DNA of 64,000 nucleotides. Origin: Patescibacteria group bacterium. GTDB lineage: Bacteria; Patescibacteriota; Patescibacteriia; UBA10025; JAHIVO01. Location of the stretch: contig JBMOKY010000001.1 in NCBI GenBank assembly GCA_049325535.1, positions 93,002 through 157,001 on the forward strand, read 5' to 3'. The first letter of the stretch is position 1, and each line of letters starts with the position of its first letter. The position numbers were made by a program, and so were the translations under genes. The notes beneath the pieces were generated by a model that was not told where the DNA came from, did not search any database, and saw only the letters and a program-made list of their open reading frames with translations. Positions 57,201 through 64,000 of this stretch are shown here, one piece after another.

Positions 57201-57699
57201 TGTGGAGAAGGTATGGGAGTCACGGAAAAAAATTTCCACTGAGGATATTGAGGAACCGATGATCATGCATCAGACGATACGATCCGTCACTGAAAAAATT
57301 CCCGCATTCCGGTTTAATACGTGTATAAGTGATCTGATGAAATGGAGCAATGCGTGGGGCGAGCATATTGGTAAGAACGAATTTACTACATTCTTGAAAA
57401 TATTAGCCCCTTTCGCACCGCATTTGGCGCAGGAATTGTGGTATCAGCTTGGCCACGATGGGTATATTGAAAAAGAGCCGTGGCCGACGTTTGATAAATC
57501 AAAAATAGTGGAAACCGAAACAACCTATGCCGTACAAGTCAATGGCAAGCTGCGCGATATGATTACCGTAACCGCCGGAACCGAAGAAGCTGACGTGGTG
57601 TCTGCCGCTCGTGCCAGCGAGAAAGTCGACAAACATCTGACCGGCGAACCGAGGAAAACGATTTTTGTGAAAGACAAACTGGTGAATTTTGTCGGTTGA
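54217..57699 (+). CDS. leuS: leucine--tRNA ligase with two inserted accessory domains (alpha/beta serine hydrolase; ASCH)
   Basis: HVGH (HIGH), KMSKS, CP1 editing region and LRDWLFSRQRYWGEPIP are all present. The ORF is 1160 aa against about 805 aa for typical bacterial LeuRS, the excess coming from in-frame insertions at aa ~447-641 and ~677-803. Confidence 0.9.
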   Translation: MASQYHHQEVERRWQQAWERDGVFRVSDDQLVNPQYVLDMFPYPSAQGLHVGHPEGYTASDIYARFLRARGKSVLHPMGFDSFGLPAENYAIKTGTHPAKTTADNIENMRRQIKSLGFSYDWEREVITSDPKYYQWTQWIFIQLFKHGLAYEADAPINWCPKDKTGLANEEVVDGKCERCGAAVTKKQIKQWLVKITDEKYIERLLHGLDDLDWPESIKTLQRNWIGRSEGAEIQFPISNSQIPKKSKASNVNSQNNNPVITVFTTRPDTLFGATYMVLSPEHELVDAITTDKQRKAVDQYKKEAAAKSDLERTDLAKDKTGVFTGAYAINPATHKKIPIWIADYVLSSYGTGAIMAVPAHDERDHAFAQKYTLPIIQVIKPPRVMPKMSPPLGSAAAWGMQDSDVEYTCWTGDGEMVNSGEFDGMDSVEFKKKIVAWLAHKSAGRTCLVIHGLSGHKRENWFPWLKDELKKRGWNPIVPTMPGAGHPTQDGWEKEMATHDQEINERSFLVGHSLGCAAILYHLQQKGQQVDTVILVAPTNPLQKWEQLKKNHPSADWDAVMSMNQEGAYDWQKIKSLARRFVIVYSDNDPYVDQESIEYYKLHLPEAEYHLYPGKSHFSETTGGITALPEILQFFPLEPLAKVAINYKLRDWLFSRQRYWGEPIPIVHCEQCKENVESTPWILHFYETPFRKILSGEKTIETRALNPDEPDRYFADIQAGDVIKGVLKGTNESLYLRVTKQYQFRNLEEFHQHRDLLGKLRAHFDPTLEELKEFYALTPDYVDRIQKNGLVAWEFIRIQPGQVPVPEDQLPLELPDVEKYEPTGTGQSPLAAITDWVNTTCPECGGSAKRETNTMPQWAGSNWYFLRYCDPHNDTQLADPEKLKKWLPVNMYIGGAEHAVLHLLYARFIYMFLYDIGTVPQECGEEPFIVLKNQGLIMGEDGQKMSKSRGNVINPDDVVREYGADVLRMYEMFMGPFEDAKPWSTQGIVGVRRFVEKVWESRKKISTEDIEEPMIMHQTIRSVTEKIPAFRFNTCISDLMKWSNAWGEHIGKNEFTTFLKILAPFAPHLAQELWYQLGHDGYIEKEPWPTFDKSKIVETETTYAVQVNGKLRDMITVTAGTEEADVVSAARASEKVDKHLTGEPRKTIFVKDKLVNFVG

Positions 57700-57732
57700 G
57701 ATTTCATAGCAATTCAGGCATACTTACTCGGC

Positions 57733-58224
57733 ATGACCCCGACTATTGATTTCATCTATAATTACGAATACGCCAAACGGATTCAGGGTCTGAACGACGA
57801 GCTGTTCGCTGATCCATGGCAGCGCATCATCCGCATCGGCGGGGATTTCGAGAAATTGTTTGATTCCCGTCTCGGCCGGATTCTGGAATTAGTCAGCCGG
57901 TACTCTGGGTACGAGTGGGACGCGCAGACTGATGCGTACATTCCGGTGTATATGATCGGTGCCGCTCCATCATTTGTCCAGCCGCTGTCGCTGGCCGTCG
58001 ATGAAGACGCTGAGGCGATGCTGACCGATTGTATCTACCAGTTGGCGCATCGCAATATGCATGTTGGTTTTCCCAGTGATGATGCCCGGCATCGGATGGT
58101 TACGGCGGTGACCGCCCATGTGCTGCGGGAACTCGGGGCAGAAACAGAACCGTCGCAGTTTGATCTGAATAAAAATCCAGCTAAACATTATATAGAATCA
58201 TCGCATGGACATCGTACGCATTGA
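57733..58224 (+). CDS. hypothetical protein
   Basis: 163-aa ORF; no family recognised. Confidence 0.45.
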   Translation: MTPTIDFIYNYEYAKRIQGLNDELFADPWQRIIRIGGDFEKLFDSRLGRILELVSRYSGYEWDAQTDAYIPVYMIGAAPSFVQPLSLAVDEDAEAMLTDCIYQLAHRNMHVGFPSDDARHRMVTAVTAHVLRELGAETEPSQFDLNKNPAKHYIESSHGHRTH

Positions 58225-58837
58225 TCTCAAACATCCTGAACGTGCCGTCATCGCCCAGGCTGCTCAGGTTTTGAAACAGGGTGGCGTGGTGGCGTACCCG
58301 ACTGACACTGCCTATGGTTTGGCTGCCGACGCGCTGAATGAAAACGCCATCGGCAAACTGTTCATCATCAAACGGCGGGTACAGAAGCCGCTGCCGGTCA
58401 TCGTCGATTCGCTGACCATGCTGAAACGGATTGCCGTGGTATCGGCAGCCGAAAAGAAGCTGATCGATACATATTGGCCGGGCGCGCTGACCATCATATT
58501 TACCAAAAAGGATTCCGTGCCCCCATTCCTTACGCTGGGACTGTCGACCGTGGGTATCCGCATCCCGGATTTAGCCGCGGCCAAAGCACTGGTGACCGCA
58601 GCCGGAACTCCACTCACCTCGACCAGCGCAAATATTAGCGGCAAGGGCAATTGCTATAGTGCTGAGTGCGTCCAGCGGATGTTCCAGGCAAATGATGCTC
58701 AGCCTGATTTGATCCTGGATGGCGGAGATTTACCTGAGGTGCCGGTTTCCACCGTCGTACGGGCGGAAAAAGACCGTATTACTATTATCCGCCAGGGCCC
58801 CATCGCCATTCGCGGCGCTGAAAAGGCGCACACATAA
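58205..58837 (+). CDS. tsaC: L-threonylcarbamoyladenylate synthase (TsaC/YrdC family)
   Basis: VVAYPTDTAYGLAAD...K.R....P...V YrdC fold signature. Confidence 0.8.
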   Translation: MDIVRIDLKHPERAVIAQAAQVLKQGGVVAYPTDTAYGLAADALNENAIGKLFIIKRRVQKPLPVIVDSLTMLKRIAVVSAAEKKLIDTYWPGALTIIFTKKDSVPPFLTLGLSTVGIRIPDLAAAKALVTAAGTPLTSTSANISGKGNCYSAECVQRMFQANDAQPDLILDGGDLPEVPVSTVVRAEKDRITIIRQGPIAIRGAEKAHT

Positions 58838-58851
58838 ACCATTTTCAGCGT

Positions 58852-59712
58852 ATGCACTCTCTATCCCGGGTGGCAGTTCAGTCGCTCGCCCGCCAGTATG
58901 GTATCACCCCGGATCGCCGTCAGGGGCAGAATTTTGTCATTGATCAGGCGGTGATTGACGCGATGGTGGCGAGCGCGGGAATCAAATCCGGTGAATCGGT
59001 GCTGGAGATCGGGCCAGGGCTGGGGGCGCTTTCCACCGCGTTGCTGGAGCACGGGGCTACCCTGGTTGCCGTGGAACAGGATCGCCGCATGATGCCGGCG
59101 CTGGCAAAAATTGCAGCAATGTATCCATCGCTGACTGTGGTCAGCGGTGATGTTTTTCGTTCTGCTCGCCAGTGGAGCGGAAAATTCCAGGATCGACAGT
59201 ATCAGCTAGTGGCAAATGTGCCCTATAACATCACCTCCCAGATATTTCGCTATTTTTTGGAGCATCCACCACGTCCCCATGCCATCACAGTGCTCATCCA
59301 GCGCGAGGTTGCTGAACGCATCACTGCCCAGCCGGGCGCCATGAGCCTGCTCAGTGTAGCGGTACAGTTGTATGCTCAGCCGAAAATAGTACGGTTGGTA
59401 TCGCCAGAATCTTTTTGGCCGGCACCAGCGGTTGATTCAGCGATTCTTCATGTGGACGGAATCGGGGCAGATGAACGTGGTTTTATCCGAGCGCTCGGGC
59501 CTGTGGCAGTTCGGGATTTTTTCCGGGTTGTGCGAATCGGATTTAGTGCCAGACGCAAACAGATTCATAATACGCTAAATGCCGGTCTGCAAATCGGGGC
59601 GGATCAGGTCGTACAAGCCCTGAAAACGGCTGATATTATTCCCCAGAGCCGTGCTCAGGAGGTCTCGATCGAGCAGTGGATTCGGTTGGCTCACGCGCTC
59701 AATCACCGATAG
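58852..59712 (+). CDS. rsmA: 16S rRNA (adenine1518/1519-N6)-dimethyltransferase
   Basis: QNFVIDQAVID...VLEIGPGLGALS SAM motif and NVPYNI KsgA motif. Confidence 0.9.
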   Translation: MHSLSRVAVQSLARQYGITPDRRQGQNFVIDQAVIDAMVASAGIKSGESVLEIGPGLGALSTALLEHGATLVAVEQDRRMMPALAKIAAMYPSLTVVSGDVFRSARQWSGKFQDRQYQLVANVPYNITSQIFRYFLEHPPRPHAITVLIQREVAERITAQPGAMSLLSVAVQLYAQPKIVRLVSPESFWPAPAVDSAILHVDGIGADERGFIRALGPVAVRDFFRVVRIGFSARRKQIHNTLNAGLQIGADQVVQALKTADIIPQSRAQEVSIEQWIRLAHALNHR

Positions 59713-59771
59713 TGCCTTTGTTTGACATTACGCTCAGATTATGATATAATGGGTGCACTAATCTGACCATT

Positions 59772-60662
59772 TTGATGTCAGAAAATAAAAAGAAAAATGT
59801 ACTCCGAAAACTCTACTCAGATCCCTACCTCGGCCGATCGGAGATAGAACGGCGTACTCAGAAACGTGCCTTTATAATTTTACTGGTTTTGAGTTTTATT
59901 ACGCTTGGTTTAGGTGGTTGGCATATTGGCAGCCAGCTACGACAACCATTTGAGCCAAAAATCAATTCGAACCGGTCGAATACGAATGCAGTCAACACGA
60001 CGGTCACTCTGGCCGGGCTGGACGAATTGCGCTCAGAGGATACCGACGGTGACGGGGTGAGCGATTACGACGAATTTTACATATTTAAGACGAGTCCGTA
60101 TATCGTCGATAGTGATAGTGATGGTATCCCGGATAATGAGGAAATCGCGCAGGGCACTGATCCAAATTGTCCCACGGGAAAAAATTGTGCCCGTACCATC
60201 ATCGGTGATGATACGAATAGCGCGGTCAATGGCATTTTCCAGGATATCCAGCCGGATCAGCTGACCAATACCTCCAGCGTTGACATCAATAATTTATCGG
60301 CAGATGATGTGCGGCAGATACTCCGCGACGCCGGAGCATCGGAGGAGTTGCTCAGTCAGATTCCCGATGATGAGCTGTATGAGACCTATCGGCAGATTCT
60401 GGAGGAGCGCAATGCCAGCGACCAGAATACCAATGCGGCGACCAATGCTGCCGACCAGGATTACTCGGCGATGACCTATGAGGCGCTTCAGGGATTGTCC
60501 GCTTCCGAGATTCGGGAGTTCCTGGTCCAGAGCGGGGTGCCGGAGGAGACATTGGCCCAGGTGGATGATTCAACCCTGCAGACAATATTCCGGGAAAGTC
60601 TCCAGCAAAATGTCCAGGATTCTGGCCTGACAAATACAAACACCACTAATACCAATCAGTAG
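59772..60662 (+). CDS. membrane-anchored protein with thrombospondin type-3-like Ca-binding repeats
   Basis: TM helix (FIILLVLSFITLGLGGW); DTDGDGVSDYDE and DSDSDGIPDNEE D-x-D-x-D-G repeats; Thr/Asn-rich tail. Confidence 0.6.
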   Translation: MMSENKKKNVLRKLYSDPYLGRSEIERRTQKRAFIILLVLSFITLGLGGWHIGSQLRQPFEPKINSNRSNTNAVNTTVTLAGLDELRSEDTDGDGVSDYDEFYIFKTSPYIVDSDSDGIPDNEEIAQGTDPNCPTGKNCARTIIGDDTNSAVNGIFQDIQPDQLTNTSSVDINNLSADDVRQILRDAGASEELLSQIPDDELYETYRQILEERNASDQNTNAATNAADQDYSAMTYEALQGLSASEIREFLVQSGVPEETLAQVDDSTLQTIFRESLQQNVQDSGLTNTNTTNTNQ

Positions 60663-60677
60663 CACCTGTGATATCCC

Positions 60678-63600
60678 ATGGCTTCGAACATGCCACAGAA
60701 CAAATTCAGTAGAGCACGACGGTGGGTCCTGATTGGGGCTATGCTGTTTTTTGCCGTGCAATTGGTCGCCCCGGCCATCGCCGTGCCGCGGCCGGCGCAG
60801 GCACTCTTTGGCATCGGTGATGTGTCTATCACGGTCGGTGATATCCCCCGTACTATTTATGAAATCCTGAGCAAGACCCTGAAAACCGCTGCTGACGTGG
60901 CATTCAAAAACGTACTGCGCAACTACTTAAACAGCTTGGCCTATAATGTCGCTACGCAGATCGCTACCGGTGAAAAAGGCCAAAAACCCCTCTTCGTCAC
61001 CAATCCCAAGCAATTGCTCACTGACGCCGGTGATGCGGCAGCCGGTGATTTGCTGGACAGCATCGCCTCCGACTGGATCGGGAAATCAGCATGTCAGGGA
61101 TATCCCGGCACGAGCTGTAAAGCCGACGGTTCATGCGATCCGGTCAATCTCGCCTGCCCCGCGAATGCAAATATCTCCGACTGTCTTTCCAGCATCGAAA
61201 ATAAAAATGCGTGTATCGCGCAGGGCTGTATCGTGGTGCAGTGCACGCAGACTGACATCGAGTCGAGCAATTGTCCGCCGGAAAATCCGCCTGAAGGGTA
61301 TGAATACTATACCAGCGGTGCGCCAGAGTGTATCAGTAATTTTTCATTGTGCGACCTCGGTGACCCGACGCTGAAAATCCAGCTGAATGTGCTGGCTCGC
61401 AATACATATTTTGGGGTTGGTGGTGGCGCGGTCAGCGGCCGCTGTCCCCTGACGGACATCATCGATAAATACGACGAATACCGTGAGGCGATAGAAAACG
61501 GCACCACCGGAAATGCCCAGCCCGGCAAACAGTATCTGGTGGAATTTTCCAAGACATTCAACCCCGAAGCCACCCAGCTCGGTGCTTTTGTCGACATTTT
61601 AAACAATACCACCTCAGCTAAACTAGCCGAAACAGAGATAAACAAATTTGCCCAGAGCTTAGCCGGTGAATTCAAGCCGGTGACTAATCTGATCAGCGGC
61701 ACGGTGAAGACCCCGGCCAGCCTGCTGGGGAATGCTGCCACGTCGATATTTGGCAAATCGATTGACCCATACCTTACTTATACCGGGACGGCCATCGCCG
61801 ATGCGGTCGGGATATTTACCAATACGCTGGCCCAGAAACTCATCCAGCGCTATATCTTCGGGCTCGATCCGTCAACCAGCACCGGCGGCGGCAAGAGTAA
61901 AGGCTTAGCCAGTTTCCTCGGCGGATCCTCTCCGGGCGTCACCGCGGCGAAATTTCTTTTTTCCGATTTACAACAGACCAGCTATTCCGTAGCCGGTACG
62001 ACCGACATATTGAGCACTCTCTCCAGCTGCCCCAGCCCGAGTAATCCCACTCCCGGCACCTGCGTCATCGACAGCCGGTTCCGCACCGCCATCGAGCAGC
62101 AAATGACCGTCCAACAGGCGCTCGACCAGGGATTGCTCGACGGGTCAAAACCGTTTGGCTATACCGCCAGCGGTCTGGAACCGGAATACTATAATGGCTA
62201 TCCGTATCGCAGTCTGGTCATATTGCGCTCCTATCGTATCATTCCCGTCGGCTGGGAATTGGCCGCCCAATACATGAAGGATTTTTCCGCCGGCAACTAC
62301 AGTCTGAACAGTCTGATCGCCGACTATGACAATATCGATTCACCCTTCTATCGCCTGGTCGATCCGAATTGGGTGCTGAAAGCCCCAGAACTCTTCTGTC
62401 GGCGCGAGGGTGCGGGTGAGCAAGTCATTTCCCGAACCCCGATCCGCAATGAAGACACGAATGGCGATGGCATCATCAATACCAAAGACGCGGCAAGCTA
62501 TGTCGTGCAACGGCAGGGTGATTATTGCGCTGATGAACAGCAGTGCCTGAAGCAAAACGACGACGGTTCATGCGCGCAGTACGGCTATTGTATCGAGGAT
62601 AAAGATATCTGGAAATTCGCGGGTACCGCCTGTGATCCCCAGTTTGCTACCTGCCAATCACTGACCCGGTCGGACGGCACGCAGGTGTCCTATGTACTCA
62701 GCACAGTGGATACGAATGGGTGCAATGCCAGTAATGCCGGCTGCAAGTGGTACTGTGAAAATTCCAGTTGGAACGCGGCTACCGGACAGTATGCCTGTAA
62801 TGGCGCCCCTCCGGGAGCGACCGGTTCCGGAAACAAGATTAGTTTCAATGAGAGCGTGCGCCAGTGCGGATCATCGAGTGCCGGGTGTACTGCCCTGATT
62901 GCCCGGAAAAATTCCGGGGCAAATATCTACTGGAATACGGGTTTTGAGCAGTATGTGCAGACGCCGGACGGTCTATTTGACGGGACAAAAGATACCGCTG
63001 CACCGGATGATTTCAATTATTGGTCAATGTATGCTAATGCCGCCAATTGCGGCGTGCAACCGCTGGCTGTATCCGAGGCTCACAGCGGGTTCACCGCAAA
63101 TCGTCTGTCCAGTTATCCTGCTTGCGCTGGCTCGTCATTGCCCGGGCATCCTCTCGATGGCGGGAACGCGATCATGTCTCTTGCTCAGCCGAATTTTGAT
63201 TATTCGACGCCTGTCACCAGCCGAACATTTACCTTCTCTCTCTACGCGAAAAAGGCCGCCGATGATGCCGATTGTACCGCTGGCAACGGCCAGCTATCCT
63301 TTCATAGTTTGCGATATGACGGAACATGGGTACCAACAAAATTTGCCGATGTGACTACCACCGGGAACTGGACCAGATATTCGGGTACTTTTACCATACC
63401 GCGCCCAACGTTTGGGGGAGGGTCGACACAGTATTTAATAATGATAATTCGTCGTGAGCCGACTGACACGTGCGACGTGATTATCGACGATGTACAGCTC
63501 GAAGAGGGCAACCTGACCGCATATAAACCATACGAAGAAAATCCACAGACGCACCTAAAATTAGCCCCGTCATATCTGAATTGCCGTGGGCTGGCTACTG

Positions 63601-64000
63601 ATCCGGCGGAGTGCGCCCAGTACGCCCAGTATTGCGCTTATTATGAAGAGGGGTGTGAGGCGTACACTTCGGCCACCACCGGTCGGACCATCACCGGTAT
63701 CGTCAGCAATCCAAATGTGTGCAATCCGAACGTGCCGGGTTCCTGCGACCAGTGCCCGGCTGAGTACCAGGGTTGTTCTGCTTTCCGTGAACTGGCTATC
63801 GAGCGGCCGCCGTACCGGCCGTCGCGCGATCCGGTGTCATTTGTGGGGTCGAGCGGGCAGTCGTGTCCGGCATCAGCCGTCGGCTGTGAGGAATACACCA
63901 ATCTCGAAGCAGTGGCCGCAGGCGGCGAGGGCAAAGAATACTACAGTTTTGTTCGCATGTGCGTGCCAGATACCGATCCGCAGAAACAAGCGTACTATAC
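60678..64000 (+). CDS. giant secreted/surface cysteine-rich protein (>1107 aa in window; continues beyond window end)
   Basis: Manual translation from ATG at 60678 gives MASNMPQNKFSRARRWVLIGAMLFFAVQLVAPAIAVPRPAQA (a signal peptide), then an uninterrupted frame to position 64000 with more than 70 Cys and a recurring C.QY..YC module. It is not in the ORF track because there is no in-window stop. Confidence 0.7.
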   Translation, partial: MASNMPQNKFSRARRWVLIGAMLFFAVQLVAPAIAVPRPAQALFGIGDVSITVGDIPRTIYEILSKTLKTAADVAFKNVLRNYLNSLAYNVATQIATGEKGQKPLFVTNPKQLLTDAGDAAAGDLLDSIASDWIGKSACQGYPGTSCKADGSCDPVNLACPANANISDCLSSIENKNACIAQGCIVVQCTQTDIESSNCPPENPPEGYEYYTSGAPECISNFSLCDLGDPTLKIQLNVLARNTYFGVGGGAVSGRCPLTDIIDKYDEYREAIENGTTGNAQPGKQYLVEFSKTFNPEATQLGAFVDILNNTTSAKLAETEINKFAQSLAGEFKPVTNLISGTVKTPASLLGNAATSIFGKSIDPYLTYTGTAIADAVGIFTNTLAQKLIQRYIFGLDPSTSTGGGKSKGLASFLGGSSPGVTAAKFLFSDLQQTSYSVAGTTDILSTLSSCPSPSNPTPGTCVIDSRFRTAIEQQMTVQQALDQGLLDGSKPFGYTASGLEPEYYNGYPYRSLVILRSYRIIPVGWELAAQYMKDFSAGNYSLNSLIADYDNIDSPFYRLVDPNWVLKAPELFCRREGAGEQVISRTPIRNEDTNGDGIINTKDAASYVVQRQGDYCADEQQCLKQNDDGSCAQYGYCIEDKDIWKFAGTACDPQFATCQSLTRSDGTQVSYVLSTVDTNGCNASNAGCKWYCENSSWNAATGQYACNGAPPGATGSGNKISFNESVRQCGSSSAGCTALIARKNSGANIYWNTGFEQYVQTPDGLFDGTKDTAAPDDFNYWSMYANAANCGVQPLAVSEAHSGFTANRLSSYPACAGSSLPGHPLDGGNAIMSLAQPNFDYSTPVTSRTFTFSLYAKKAADDADCTAGNGQLSFHSLRYDGTWVPTKFADVTTTGNWTRYSGTFTIPRPTFGGGSTQYLIMIIRREPTDTCDVIIDDVQLEEGNLTAYKPYEENPQTHLKLAPSYLNCRGLATDPAECAQYAQYCAYYEEGCEAYTSATTGRTITGIVSNPNVCNPNVPGSCDQCPAEYQGCSAFRELAIERPPYRPSRDPVSFVGSSGQSCPASAVGCEEYTNLEAVAAGGEGKEYYSFVRMCVPDTDPQKQAYY

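Noticed and set aside
1-64000. CRISPR arrays, cas genes, RM systems, integrases, transposases, reverse transcriptases
   Set aside because: No regularly spaced direct repeats and no recognisable motifs for these families on either strand. The repeated elements found are hairpin or terminator families, not CRISPR repeats.

Overview
This 64 kb window is a bacterial chromosomal segment dense with housekeeping genes, best described as core genome with a few accessory islands. The bulk GC is roughly 55%; a clearly AT-rich stretch lies at about 36.7–38.8 kb and a small one at 14.1–14.5 kb. Identified genes include smc (5' end, truncated by the window), purL, a pyrimidine operon (pyrF, a STAS protein, a pyrE-like gene, a fused pyrB–pyrI), rnc-nusB-rpmF, gyrA, rpsA, ftsH, ymdB-rny, clpP, nrnA-rbfA-infB, a bactofilin, trxA-trxB with a CsoR-family regulator, gdhA, a dksA/traR-family gene followed by lspA, a comM/yifB-like gene, a histidine kinase with a dual-receiver regulator, leuS, tsaC and rsmA. 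There are four tRNAs (Ile-UAU, Arg-CCU, Ala-CGC, Ala-GGC) and a tRNA 5' fragment. The supplied ORF track omits two long reading frames that run off the window edges and were recovered by hand translation: smc at the 5' end on the minus strand, and a giant cysteine-rich secreted protein of more than 1,100 aa at the 3' end on the plus strand. The most unusual observations are these: (1) a 1,160-aa LeuRS carrying two in-frame inserted domains, an RBBP9/YdeN-like alpha/beta serine hydrolase and a YqfB-like ASCH domain; (2) a single-chain PyrB–PyrI aspartate transcarbamoylase; (3) three tandem diverged paralogs of an unknown ~100–130-aa protein, two of them with near-identical duplicated promoters and 5' UTRs; (4) three distinct families of repeated hairpin or terminator elements; (5) a tRNA-Ile with anticodon UAU next to a tRNA 5' fragment; (6) an AT-rich tRNA island bounded by identical 20-bp palindromes. 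No CRISPR array, reverse transcriptase, integrase, transposase or recognisable defence-system genes were seen.
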